NCBI GenBank assembly: GCA_002104945.1 | Contig: MCFH01000076.1 | Coordinates: 153,710-217,709 of the forward strand | DNA from: Piromyces finnis finn | Taxonomy: Eukaryota > Fungi > Neocallimastigomycota | Direction of reading: 5' to 3' | Length of the DNA stretch: 64,000 nt | In this document: in pieces, positions 36,644 to 52,806 of the stretch | How positions within the stretch are numbered: the stretch's first letter is position 1 | Layout of the letters: each line of letters starts with the position of its first letter | Translations under genes and position numbers: made by a program | The notes under the pieces: generated by a model | What the model saw: the letters and a program-made list of their open reading frames with translations, nothing else | Database searches by the model: none | What the model was told of the DNA's origin: nothing

Positions 36644-39129
36644 CTACCAAGAAACCATAAATGCATTGACCTCAGATTTTTGAATTGCTTTATATTCAGT
36701 GTGTAACATTTCTTTGACTTTGTCTGATTCTGGTGAACCTAACCATTCACTGATTTAAAATAAATATTGTTTAGTATAATTAATTATCAATTATATTTAC
36801 AATAATAATCTTATTATTAATAATTTTTTTTTAATCTTTTTAAATCTAAATGTTAAATATTACCTATACAATTCAGTGATAGCAGAGTTTTCTGTTGGAT
36901 CTTGAAAACCATTAACTAATGAAATACTTTGATAGGCATTTTCAGCTTGTTCTATCCATTCTTTTGATACATAATTTGATCCATCATCAGGTTTTAATTG
37001 ACCCCCACCATTAATACATCCAGATGGACAAGCCATAACTTCAATATAATGGAATGGAATTGGTTTCTTTATTTTTGGATTATTAACTGTTTTAATTTTT
37101 CTAACTAAATTTTGAATATTTCTAAATCCATAAGCATATGCAAAACATAATAATACCTCATTTTCATTTTCTGGATTGACTAAATGAACTTCTCTATAAT
37201 CATTATTTCTTCCTGTTTTATGTCTAATTAATCCAGTAGCATTCATTATATTTTCATCTGTAACTACAATATTAAATAAATGATATGCAGCATATTTCAT
37301 AATAAAATGTAAATAACCTCCTGATGATGAACCTAAAGTACCTAATAATATTGATTGATTGGTTTCATTTGATAAACCATACTTTGTTAAACTATTTATA
37401 AATTTAATATATATATAAAATTAATATATATGTATAGAAATATTTATTTCTTCTCATTTATGATTTTATTTGATTAAATGCATTTTTATTTGTTATTCAA
37501 CTTACAATCCATCAGATGGTAATTCTGGAATTGTCCTTATATCTAAACTTTGTTCTGACAACATTTTCTCTATTTCTCCTGTAGTAATTACACAATCTAC
37601 ATCACGAGTTTTATATTCATCATTTGTAAAACTTGGACGAGAAGCTTCTAATTTTTTATCATAGCATGGCATTACTGCAACGTGAAATATTTGATTTGGT
37701 AATAAACCTAATTTTTCTCCAATATAATATTTAATAATAGATCCCATGATTTGTTGTGGTGATTTTGTGGTATCGATATATGGTAAAATAAAGTCATGAG
37801 TTTTTTCAGCATAACAAATCCAACCTAATAATAATTATTCAAAAAAATAAATATATTAAAAAGATTAATAATAAACCTTTGATAAAATTGATCATTTGAG
37901 TATTTGCTAATATTTATATGATTCACGATATTTTACCTGGACATGAGCTTGATATCATTGGTAAAATACCTTTATGGTTATTATTTCCATAATACTCAGT
38001 ATATCTTTTTACAAATTCTTTTGCACTTTCAATTAACGAAAAATCTCTTGAAAATGATGTATCAACTACATAATTAATGCCAAGATGTTCCTTAAAAAAC
38101 CAATTTAATTTATCATATACTTGTTGAATTGATAAATTATACTTTGATGCTAAAGAAGCTCTGGACTGTGGGGATATAGATACAACCATAGTTCTCAATC
38201 TTTGTAATTGACCTGTCTTTAATTATTTTAGTATAAATTTATTTATATGGGTTAATATGTTTTAATAAAAAAATTATATTATTATTTTTATTACATACTT
38301 CAAGTGCGATTCTATTGTCACCAATAACATTATAGATTTCTTTATGGCTTTGTAATGAAACAAGCATACTTTCAGCCGAGGTAATACAACCACTTAATAT
38401 ATAATAGCAATTTAATTTTATTTATTTAATATTATATTACAACGATCATTTAATAATAGAAAAGAAAAAAAAAAAAAAGAAAAAAAAAACCTGCAAGCTA
38501 AGCAATCATTTAAAGTAATTGATGCTGTTTCTAATTTTGTTTCTTCACCATAAGCATTGACCTCGTAATAATCTCCAGTATCATCAATTTTAATTTCAGT
38601 CTATATAAATTATTAAAATGAATCATTATATATAAATGTTTTTATTTTTATTTAATATTACATATACTAATAATATAAATAATAAGTTAAAACAATTTAT
38701 ATGCTTTTTTTTTTTTTTTTTAATTTTTTAAAAACTTTTTTATTGAATTTTAAAAAAAAAAAAAAAATTGATAATGGTCCAAATATATATTGTCGACTTA
38801 GAATTCTTATAATCTATTATTTGTTTTAATATAAATTTTGTGATTTTAGCATAGCATATTTCGTTAAATAAGAAAACTGTTCAAATAGCATATGCTAATT
38901 AAAAATTTGATTTGATTTTTATATTCAATTTTACAATTAATTTTTTTTTTTTCTCTTAAACCCACTTCAATTGTTCAATTAACATTTTTAAACAATAACA
39001 AATACTATTTAATTATTTAATTTTTACCACACTATCAGTCTTTGGAACTGTTATTGGCTTAATGCAAGCCTGTGAGGGTGTAATAAAATCATTTAAGTCA
39101 GTTAATTTCAAACCACCAGATAAGCTCAT
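36644..39129 (-). CDS. NAR1: Cytosolic Fe-S assembly factor Nar1/CIAO3 (hydrogenase-like), 7 exons
   Basis: Exons 39129-39028, 38600-38491, 38392-38299, 38216-37937, 37824-37506, 37391-36864 and 36749-36644. N-terminal [68 protein letters not shown] and a C-terminal Trp. Confidence 0.93.
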
Positions 39130-40255
39130 CTTTTATATATATATGACAGAATTATAGAATATATTTTAAAATATAAAAAGAAAAATAGTTTTGAATTTTA
39201 AACTATATAAAAAAAATATATTTCAACCATTTGATATATAATATAAATAATATATTATTTCAAATCTTAATAATTATTATAATATATTATTAATATATTG
39301 TTACTGAGTGATTATTATTTATTTTGGTACACAAATAAAATTATTAGATATGCTATATACATTATATTTATTTTAAAAACTAAAGCCTCGGATTTATTAT
39401 ATTTTAATTATTCATTATATTATTAATATAAAAAATAAAAGTAATACGCCATATTGGCGAATATAATAAGATATTGGAAAGTATATCTGAATCAATTTAA
39501 ATATAAAATCAGAAATAAAAAGAAAATATAAATGAAAAAAGAATTGAAAAAATACTTAATAATACATGTATTTTAAAAAAGAAATTACTCTATTCCATAT
39601 CATTAATGAATATAATAACTTGTATAAATCTCAGCTAATCCCCACATATAAATCCTAATTACTTTAGGAACGCTAACCAATCAATTGAAAATTGAAAATT
39701 TCTTATCAAGCAAGAATTATTGAAATTATATTTTTAATTAATAATAAAAAGATAATAAAAACAAGTAAAACTGTAGAAATAAAAAAAAAAAGGAAGAATA
39801 AACATCTTTTTATTTATATAATAAATAATTAAACTATTGTTAAATTTGTTTTTTTTTTTTTTTTTTCTGTTTTTCGTTTTTAAAAAATATATATTAATTA
39901 TAAATTTGTTTTGATTATATATAAACCTAATAACAAATTTTAAATATTAATATTGATTTGAATAATTTCCCCACCTTTAAATTAAAAATTTTATAATTTT
40001 CGTTAAATATAATTTTTAATATTTATTTCAAAAGAAGATTCTATTTTATTAAAATGGAAATCATTTAATTAATAATATAAATAAAAAGTTTTTTTTTTAA
40101 AAAATAAAAAAAAAAACTTCATATATTCTGTTTTATTATGCATTAGAGACATTATTATTACTACTAAAGAATAAAATAAGTTTTTAATAATAAAAAAAAA
40201 AGATAAAAATATACTGTTATTATTTTAAATATTAATAATTATTTTCTAAAATTTA

Positions 40256-43200
40256 TCATTCATCATCTTGAAAGAACCAATCTTCATACGTTATAATACA
40301 TTCAATTAATCTATTTTGCTGTGGCATATCTGCAATTAAAGAAGTAGCTACTAAATCTTTATCAGTGCTTCTTGAAATTAATGTTGGTCTATTATTAAAT
40401 ATGCGTTTTCATAATAAATAAAAAAAATAATACATTTAATTTTTTTTTTTTTTTTTTAAAAAAAAAATAAAATTTATATTATAAAATGTATAAACAAATA
40501 CCCAAAAACAATTGCAAGATTGTTTATTTCCATTTTATTTTGATCACTGTGCTTGGAAACCTCCTGTAAATATTAAATGAATTATTATTGTTTGTAATAG
40601 TATTAGTAGTATGATTGTTAGTATAGTTTATTATATAATATTATTTATTATAAATATTTAAAAAATAATAATAATGATAATAAAAATACTTTTAAATGCT
40701 TCATTAAAAATGAAAGAACATCATAATTAACTTGGGGTAATTGATGAATTAAATCATTTAATTGATATAATTTTTCATCATGATTACTATTTTCTAATAA
40801 ATAATAATTATTGTAACGATAAATGCTTATTAGTAATTTAATACATATTGTAATATACATTTTCTTTAAAAAAAAGTAATCTAAAATTATAATTAATCCA
40901 TACTTAGAGCATCCATAAAACTTTCATACATTTTTGATGGTATTAATGTATCTTTCAATTCTCTGAAATATAGCTTTATTAAAGAAGCAACAACTGGAAG
41001 ATCTACACTATCATCATCAAATATAACAGGTTCACCTTTTGATAAAATAATTATATTTAAAGCAATATTTGAATATAGATTTGTAAAATAATTAAAATAT
41101 ATATCTAATGATCCCTACCTCTATTATAACAAGCTTTTAATTTATTAACAATAGAGGAATTTCCGGATAAACGATATATACCCTCTGTTTCAATACCTCT
41201 CTTTTCAATTTCTCTTATACAATCATCCACAACTTTTGGAATTTTTGTTCCTTCTTTTTGAATTTGTTCTTCTAATGTACCACCAAATATTAAATAATCT
41301 ACCATATTATTAATATTAAATTAATATTATTCCCAATCAACATATTTTCTTAGATTAATAATAATTAAATTTATTTATTTACCATTTAATAAATCAAGTT
41401 GAGATTCAGATTTCTATTAATGAAATATATATTTATTAGTAAAATTAATTATAAATTTTAATTTTTATTGTAAATGAATGTAATATCAAAAATATTATTC
41501 TTTGTACCTTGTTTCCAAATATTTTTCCAAATTTTTTATTCTTATGTTTTTCATCATCTATATTAAATTATGAGTTCATAATGACATATATTATTTTATG
41601 GATAAAATAAAACTTAAATATATTATATCATTGATAAAGTATATATACCTTGGCTTCCTTTTTTATTTTTATTAATATCTTTTTCTTTTTTAGCTATAAT
41701 AAATAAATATATAAAAGGTTTTATCAATATAAATATATATATATATTAAGGGTTTTTTAAATAATACAATAAAAGTAACTTACAACCATCTGTTTTTGCC
41801 GAAATCTTATTCAATACATCAACAATTTCTGAAAGAATTTAATAAAATTAATTATAATATTAATAAATTATTAAATTATCTATTTATATATTTATATATT
41901 TTACCTGAATTGTCATAATCTTCTTCAGAACTCTTTTTAATATCTTCAATCCATGCAATTACATCACTTTCACTTCCACAAAAAAGTATTATTTCTTCAC
42001 CAGATGAAGAATTAATAACAAGAGCATTTTTCTTTTTGCTAACATTTTTATTTGCTTTATCCACTGTACAATTTTTTAATTTAATAAAACCAGCTGGTAT
42101 GTTTTCCTTTAGTATTTTTAAAAAATAAAATAAAATAAAATAATAAATATTGTATATAATAATAATACATAATTAAACAATAGTTTGGTTTTAGCATATA
42201 AATATATGATATATATAATAGCATAATATATAAATAATAAATTACAGAAAGTTTTCCAACGATTTCTTTATAAAGTAATAGAAGATTTCCACATAAAATA
42301 ATAGAACATTGTTTCCAACTAAATTTAACAGATCCCTTTTCATATTTTATAGATAATTTACCGGATCGTTTAATTTTTTCAGGTGGAAGATTAATGCGTA
42401 TTTTTGTTTCTGATAAATTGGTTTCTGCTGTTCCCTTTGGCTCTTCAGTAAATTCTAATGTTTTCTGAGATATCAATAAATCATTTATAATAATTAATGA
42501 AAAATTAATTGATTTTATAAAATAAAAAATTTAATATAAATAATTAGTTTAACTTTCTTTTTTTCACTATGAAAGAAAAGAAACATAAATTTTGATAAAA
42601 ACCTTTGGTTTATCCCAACTTGTCTCATTAGTATATACATTATAATAATATATATTTCCATCATTATATTCAGCTTTCCATCCATTTGGTAAATCTTTTT
42701 CCTTTGTTTTACGTTGTATTAAAATTATTTCAAAAAAGATGATAATACAAAAATAATTATTATATAATAAAAATGCGTTATATCAATTGTTATTAAATAA
42801 AACTTTGATTTTTACATATTCTTCGATTTTTGAATAATTATCTGGAAGTTCCCATGAAATCTCATTAGTTTGAATATTCTTATAATAAATTCTTCCATAA
42901 GAATCATATTCAACTTTCCAATTATCAGGAAGTTGGGGTTCTATAATTGATTCCATGTTAAATCCTGTTGAATCAGGTAAACATTGAGCTGGTGTTCCTT
43001 GTACATCTGATATTACTGATGTAGGTGATAGAGGGAGAGATAAAGGTTCACAGTTATTAGATGCTTCATAGTTTGCATCCGATGGTGTTGAAATAGTATT
43101 TATGGTATTTCTTCTTGAATTAATACTTTCGGTAACAATTTCTAATTCCTCATTTGTAACTAAAATATTATAGAAGTATTATATATTATTAACATCTAAT

Positions 43201-43561
43201 TATTTTAAATTTATGTTAATTTTCACATTTTTATTGTTTTTATTGATATTTTTGTTACTATTGTATCATAAATAATAAATAACCTTCTTCAACTCTATTT
43301 GCTGGAAAAAAGCCTTGAAATCCATTCATAATTCCTTCCCACCAGTCTTCATTTTCTGTACTAACAATTTCAATATAATCACCTGTTTTAAAAGTTAATT
43401 CATTATCCTCAATTGCCTTTATTAAATTAAATATTGGGAAAAGGTTATTATTCCAATATTCTCATAACACTATAGAATTTATATTACTTGATTTTATAAT
43501 TAAAATTTACCTCATAATCCCATCGAGCACAAACATATCTAGGTTTTTCAACACTTTGCAT
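40256..43561 (-). CDS. Multi-exon Rho GTPase-activating protein, SH3-WW-WW-PH-RhoGAP (ARHGAP12/27-like architecture)
   Basis: ATG at 43561. SH3 (ARWDYE|AIEDNELTFKTGD..EDWWEG..GFFPAN), two WW modules (LPDNWK..GRIYY..ISWELP and LPNGWK..IYYYN..TSWDKP), PH-like exons, and RhoGAP (IFGGTL..IPKVVDDCI..IEKRG...EGIYRLSG). Stop TGA at 40258-40256. Internal exon limits are only partly resolved. Confidence 0.88.
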
Positions 43562-43590
43562 TTCTATTTTTAAAACCTTTTAACAGAAAA

Positions 43591-43635
<45 letters not shown>

Positions 43636-46600
43636 ATATATAGGAAACAATTTTAAATATTAAAAAAAATGGAAAAAAAAATTTAAATTTTTTAATTTTT
43701 TTTATTAAAATTTTTTAATCTTTTAATATATTATATAAAGGTGAGAAAATAAAATAACAGATTAAAAACAGTATATTCGACATATTTTTAAATGAGATTT
43801 ATTTCTTATTTATCAATTTTGATTTATCTTTATTTTGTTTTGTTTTTATTTAAAAAGGAAAAGAAATAAATAAAAACTTTTTTCAATTAAAAAATTCTAC
43901 AATTGAAATCTTATTAAATGTTTAAAACTAGTATATAAATTAAAATTTTAATAAATGAATGAATAAAAATGTCTTTAGAATTGGCATTGTTTAAATAATG
44001 TTGCTAATAAATAAATATAATTACAAGTAACTTTTCTATAAATAGTTTATATCTTATTAAATTAATTAAAATTGTTGAAGAATTTTAAAAATACTATAAT
44101 TAAATTAATTTCTATATAGGTTCAATTTAATTATTTTCTATTAATATAAAATATATGCAAGTATAATATAATAAATATTTTTCTGTTTCTGCTTTTTATT
44201 TCCTTCTTATGGTTTGTTTTTTCTTTGTTTGATTTTTATCATTTTTATTAGTAAATGTTCTTTCTCTTACAATGCTATTAATTAATTATATAAATTCACT
44301 ACTTTTCTATAATAAAAAAAAGATAATTTACTCTCTAATGCTTTCTTATAAATATTCTTATTGTATATAATAATAAAACTTCTTATATGTATTTTATTTG
44401 CTTTTTTTAAAAAAAAAAAAAAAATATTATTCAATTCGTTCACTTATATTTTTAAATTTATTTTTGGATCATTTTAATTGAATAATCAGTCCTTTTTTTA
44501 AAAAATAATGTATATATAAATAATAAAACTTTATTTTTTAATTCTATGTTTGTTTTTATATTGATAATGCTGCTTATATTAATAATACAATTATTTACTC
44601 TTTTTTTTTTTTTTTTGAAATCAATTACAAATCAATTATTTAATAATAACTAATTATATAATTGCCTTGGCTGATTTATACAGAAGCAATTAAAATTTTA
44701 GCTAATATGTTGTAATTCAAAAATATATTAAAATTTTATAAATATTTCCTTATTTAAATTACATATTATTTAAAGATTTAAAATATAAAAATAATTATAT
44801 ATTTCATTATATAATAAAATTTAAAAAATTTGTAGTTTAACTTCAATATTTTAATATTAATTGGTGATATGGATTATACGCATTATAATAATCAGGTTAA
44901 CTGATGGTAAAAAAAATATTTATAGGAATATCTTTCTTTAACTATTCTTTTTTTAATATCCTTTTTAATTTCTTTTTTTTTTACATTAACAAAAAAACGT
45001 TTATTTTTTGTATTTAATATTATAAATATTATATAAATTAATAAAAAGATTAGCATTTACATGTAGAAGTCTATGTTAAATATGTTTAATATTATTTCAA
45101 AAGTTAAACTATATAAATATATTTCAAAAACATATATGAAATAAAATAAATATTATATTAGTCCTTAAACATTACATAACATTTAAAATAACCTAACCAA
45201 TTTTCTTATATAATTTATCCTTTTCTTAAAATAATATAAACAATAATTTAATTTAAAAAATTTCCTAATAAGTATAAAATGAGATGAGAATGTATCATTA
45301 ATCAAAACAAATAGTTATAAAATAACAATTAAATAACTAATACTTTTATTTATGGTAAATAATAATACCAACAATGATAATATTATGTAATGTTACAACT
45401 AAGTATAGTTAAATAGAAAACAGTATAATGTATATTAATCAAATTATCATAGATGTAGTTAAATATTGTTAAAATCAATCAATTACAGTTAGAATAATTA
45501 TCTATTATAATCAAAATCTTATTAATATAGTATTTCAACATTAGTTATTATTATATAAGCAGTAATTATAAATTTTGATATAGTATTATAATAAATGCAT
45601 TATATATGTTATATATTAAGGTTAAGTTATTAAATCCTATTTTTTATGTTAAATATATTTGATATTTATATCAACATTAAACTTTGTAATAAAAATAGTT
45701 ACTAATTATTTTGAAATGATTCTTTAAATTCGAAAAAAAAATAAGTATTACTTTTAATATTTCTTTTTTTAATCAAAAATAATAATAATAATAACAATAA
45801 TAATATATAGTATAAAAGTATTGTTTTATTATATTACTAAAATAATCAAATCTATATTATTTATGTTATTATTATATATTAAAGATACTATATTATCTAT
45901 AAAATAGTTTATTTTATATGCTCCCTTAATAAATAATTATACATATTGGAATAAAGTATGAAATGTTAAAAATAGTATAATTTTAAAAATGTTAAAATTA
46001 TATATAATAATATTATTATTTAAATTTTAATTTTGAAACTTTAATTAATAAAAAAAGATTTATAGGTAAATATTTAATTATATTTAATTATAGTAAAAAA
46101 TAAAAAAAAAAAAAAAATAAATAAAAAAAAAAAACTATAATTTTATATATGTACAAATAATAATATTATTAAATTGAATAATAAATATCATTATATTTTA
46201 AAATATAAATTTCTTATTTCAAAATACACTTTTTGTCTTAATTCTTTTTATAATCTTATAAAATTACATTTACCAAAACAGACTAATTAATAATAAATAT
46301 CAACTAATAATACAAAATTTTAAATAACAATAAAGTTTTCAATATTATTTTGGTTAATATATTTATTATTATTAATATCATTATATAAAAAAGTTAGAAG
46401 TGATATTTAAAATACAACAAATATTAAATATTATTTAATTTCCACCTAAATATAATTTTAAAAATAAAAAAATAATATTTTTTAACTAATTATATTTTTT
46501 CTCCTTTTTTAATAATAAATTTTAATTTTTTAATTTTTTTTCTAAATTTATTTTATTATCAATTTTTTTTATTCTTTATATATTTTTTATTAAATAAATA

Positions 46601-47706
46601 AGATTTCAATTAAACTAATTGACCATATTTTGCTTAATTTTAAATACAAGTAATAATCACGATATATAATAATTTAAATAAAGTATAAAGAAAAAAAAAG
46701 GAATATTTGTAGGAAATAGAAATAAATAATTTATAATCATAGAACAAAAAGGCATATGTTTATTATCGAAATATTAAAACTTTTTTTTTTTTAAAAAAAA
46801 ACAAAAAACAAAAAATCAATAATAAGATTATAATTTTAAATAAATAAATAAACAAATAAAATCACAAGTAATGTAAAGATAAGAATGGCGATAGTAATAA
46901 TAATTATAATAAGAAATAAACAAATTTCGTATATTATTTATAATATTATAAAAAAATAAAAATTTTTTAATAGCATTATAATTATTTATTTATTTATTTA
47001 TGTTAATATTCAAAATAAATAAAATATAAAATAATAATACTAATATACTGACACGGAAAATAAAATCACCTAATTATGTATATTATTATAGTAAAAACTT
47101 TTAATAATAAAAAATAACAAGAAGAAGAAAAGTCAGAAGATAATAATAATTTTAAATAAAAGAGATAAAAATTAAATATTCAAAAAACCAATTAATAAAA
47201 TATATTTAAAAAAATAATTAAAAAAAAAAAAGTTGTATTAAAAATAATAAAAGTAATAATTTATTTTCTTGATAATCATAATAATAATAATAATAATAAT
47301 CATAATCATAATAATAATAAAAAAAAATAAAAATAAAAAAAAAAAAAACAAAGAAAGAAAAAAGTATTATTATTTAAGAGAGCATGTAAATTTATTATTT
47401 TAACTATAATTAAATAATATATAATATGAATAATAATATATACAAATTTTAAAAGAATAAATCATAATTAAAAAAATAGTATCATAAAGGGAATAGACAT
47501 ACACAAAAGTGAAAAAAAATATAATATCATAAAAATATGTTAAATTATTATCAATGATTAATCATCCATCTATAATATACTATTTAATTTATTAATAATA
47601 AAAAAAATAAATATTAAAGAAAATATATACTAATATTTATATTTTATATTCTATATATTAAATAAAGTAAGGAAAATAAATAAATAGAATAAAAAAGTAG
47701 AACAAA

Positions 47707-48598
47707 ATGCAAACCATTAAATGTGTAGTTGTTGGTGATGGTGCAGTTGGAAAGGTAATAAAATTAAATTATGATTATGATAGTAAATAACTTTAAAATA
47801 TTTTATTAATATCTAACAATATATTATATATTATTATATATTTGTAAACTTTTTTCTTTTGATATATATATTTTTTATTAAAACATAATATACTATTTAT
47901 AATACACTCATCCAATATAATATATCGTTCCACAAAAATTTATTTAAAACTAAAAATATATATATTTAATGTTAATATCAATAATAACTATTGCTTGAAA
48001 ATTTAAAATTTTGGATTCTTTAAATGTTTTATATATCAAATAATTAAAATTAACAAATTGGAATATCAAGACATGTCTTTTAATTTCATATACTACTAAT
48101 AATTTCCCAGAAGATTATGTTCCAACTGTTTTCGATAATTATGCTGTAACTGTTATGATTGGTGAAGAACCATATACTCTTGGTTTATTTGATACAGCTG
48201 GTCAAGAAGATTATGATCGTTTAAGACCACTATCTTACCCACAAACAGATGTATTTTTAGTTTGTTTTTCAGTTGTAAATCCATCTAGTTTTGAAAATAT
48301 AAAAGAAAAGTGGATTCCTGAAATACGACACCATTGCCCAGCAGTACCATGCTTAATTGTTGGTACTCAAATTGATTTAAGAGATAATGCTGCAGAAAGA
48401 GACAAACTTGCAAAGAGAAAGCAAAAACCAATTGAATTCGAACAAGGAGAAAAATTAGCTAAAGAAATGAATGCAGTTAAATATGTAGAATGCTCTGCTC
48501 GTAATAGTGAGGGTTTAAAAAATGTTTTCGATGAAGCTATTATTGCTGCATTAGAACCACCAGCTGCTAAAAAACAAAGAAAATGTTTATTACTTTAA
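47707..48598 (+). CDS. CDC42: Rho-family GTPase Cdc42, 2 exons, 191 aa
   Basis: Exon 1 is 47707-47754 ([16 protein letters not shown]), the intron 47755-48070 and exon 2 48071-48598 ([47 protein letters not shown]), ending in the CAAX box CLLL. Confidence 0.98.
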
Positions 48599-49209
48599 AA
48601 AAGAAATAAAAATTTTTCTTATATTTTATAAATATAATTAGATATTAGATAATAATATATTTTATTTTATGTAATGAATTAAAAAGTGAAATATATAGAT
48701 AAAAGATAGTTATTTCCAAAAATATGAAGTAAAATCAAAATAAAAAAAATAAAAAACCAAAAACCAAAAATAAAAGAAATATTAGTAATTAATAATAAAA
48801 AAAAAAATTAAAAAACAAAAATCAAAAAGAAAAAAGAAAAAAAAAATAAAAAAATAAAAAATTAATAAATAATATATTTGTATATTTCTTAATAATAAAT
48901 ATTATGTATATATAAATAATTATAATCCGTTCTTTCTTTTTATTTCATTATTTATGAATACAGTTAAATGTGTTATAAGTAATTTTTAAATAAAATCATT
49001 ACCTTTTAATTAATTATAATATAAAGTAAAAAAAAAAAAAAAAAAATTAACAAATTATTATATTAAAATTATCCTAAAAATTATTTTTATTAAAAAAATT
49101 AAGAGTAAGGTTAACAAAACTTAAAAATTAAAAATAAAAAAAAAAATAAAAATAAAACAAATATTTCTAATTAGAAAATAAAAAAAATTAATTATATTAT
49201 ATTATATTA

Positions 49210-50795
49210 TGCTTAAAAAATATTTTTATTCAGTCCCAATCAGTAATATTTTTCATAAATTAGATTGTTTAGAAATTAGAGGTAAAAGTTTACAATTCAT
49301 AAAAAAATTTATATTTAACATCTAAGACTAATGTCAAATTAGATGATTAATTCTCGAAATATTTTAAAGTTAAGAAAGGAGTCCGTCAAGGATGCCCACT
49401 TTCTCCTATTCTCTTTAATCTCTTTATTAATGATATTTTTAAAGAATGTGAAGATCTTGGAGTTAGTTTAGGAGACATTCGATACTGTAGATGATATAGT
49501 TATTTGTGTTCCATCAAGAGGATGCTTAAAAAAGTTGCTAAAAAGAGTTAATGAATGGTGTTTGTATAATGAAATGAAATTGATATCCAGAAATTTTCAA
49601 CGATGGTAATTCGTCCTGAATCAATAGAAAATCAGAACAAGAAAGATTCAACATTTTACTTTGCAGGAAAACCCATTCCAACTACTGATTGCTACACTTA
49701 TCTTGGTGTTCCATTTGATAAAAATTTGTTCCTTAAACCAGTTATTAAAGCTCTTAATAACAAGGTTTTGAAAGGACTTTTCTCAGTCAGTAAATTCTTA
49801 AGAAATCCTAATATTCCTATTCTTTTCAAAAAGTTAGTACTTAATTCACAAGTGACCAGCAGAGTTTCATACTTTGCACCATTAACATGGAAATGTTGAA
49901 AAAGTTAGAAACTTTTATTGGAAAGATTTCAAAAGAAATTCAATCAAAGCTCAATACTATGACGATAATAATTTTATTAAAACTAAAGATTTTAATAAAT
50001 TATGCTACAAGTATCCAGAGTTTGCCTATGGTTTCTACTGGCTATTAAAAGCAAGAAGCGAATACAAGTTGGATACTAGAGTTGCAAAAGCTGCTAAATT
50101 TATTGATCCAGTTTGTCCTAACTTCTATCCATATTGCGAGAGTGGTGTTCATAGTGTTAAGTATTGGTTATTAGATTGTCCAACTTTTAGAGATATCCGT
50201 ATTAAACATTACAATTATATAGTCCAACTATTAATTTTTTCAGTCAACGTAATTCCAACAGTCCTATCAATAATAATAAAAATGTTAATATCAGTAAAGA
50301 TAGCAATGATAATAATAATAATAATAGTAACAATAGTAATAATAACAATAGTAGTAGTAGTAGAAATAATAATATTAGATATTAGTAATGATAGCAATAG
50401 TGAAGATAAATAATTCTAATTTGGATAGTTATTTAGTTAATAATAGTAATAGTTCTAATATTAAGGTATATGATTATTCTAGTGTGTGCAATAAAATATT
50501 TAAATTCCTTCTTGGGGGAAGAAGTTTAAACAATATCAATTACAATTCAAGGGAATGGAAAGAACTTTGCAAGTGTAAGATTCAATCGGGTGCTTACGAA
50601 GGAACACCATTCTTGACGGTAACAGTGGAGCTTCTAACCAAAATCACGCTTTTTGTTATTGGCCAGCAATGATCAATGCTCAAAAGGTTTGAAGCAACAT
50701 CCAAGAGCGTCAATGCTGAAGAAACAGTCAGGAGGGACAGCGCAACCAATGGGGATCATAATTTTGATCTTTTACTCAGTGTCTCATTGGAATTC
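49210..50795 (+). mobile_element. 5'-truncated, degenerate non-LTR (LINE-like) retrotransposon: RT remnant plus C-terminal Cys/His knuckle
   Basis: RT motifs KKGVRQGCPLSPILFNLFINDI, a disrupted catalytic ..DDIV reached by a frameshift near 49490, YTYLG, and downstream C..C....HS..YWLLDC. In-frame TAA at 49348-49350 and further frameshifts. Boundaries are approximate. Confidence 0.85.
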
Positions 50796-51283
50796 AAATA
50801 TAATTATTATACTTTAGTATAATAGTGGCTTTCATACTTTAATTACTAAAATACATTATACCCATTTTTTATTCATTTGTGTTTATTTAAACATATTTTT
50901 TTAATTTTTATTTTTTACAACATATATTATAATTTTATTAAATTAATAATAAAATTTAAAAATATCTGATCGCCGTTAAAAAAAAAAAATTCTTTTTAAG
51001 AGAGTTAAAGTATTATAATTAAGAATAAATTAAGTAAACCATATATTAAAATTTATAAAATTATTATATAAAAAAACTTATAAAAGAATGTATAATATAT
51101 TTCATATAGTATTTTTATACTTTTAATTGATTTTCTTTTATTATTATTATTATTTAAAGATATAAAATTATTGTATAAATTATAGTCGTCTATAAAAACT
51201 TATTAAATAAAAATAATAAAATACAAAAAAAAAGAAAAAAATATGTATAAAACTATATCAGTGAACTATTAGCGTCGTTTATA

Positions 51284-52806
<1,523 letters not shown>

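Noticed and set aside
36644-39129. Possible hydrogenosomal [FeFe]-hydrogenase
   Set aside because: It has the Nar1-type N-terminus and C-terminal Trp. No organellar presequence or extra ferredoxin-like F-cluster domains were seen, so it is the cytosolic Nar1 paralog.
50215-50397. Ile/Thr-rich antisense ORF
   Set aside because: Reverse reading of the AAT/AGT low-complexity tract inside the LINE relic.
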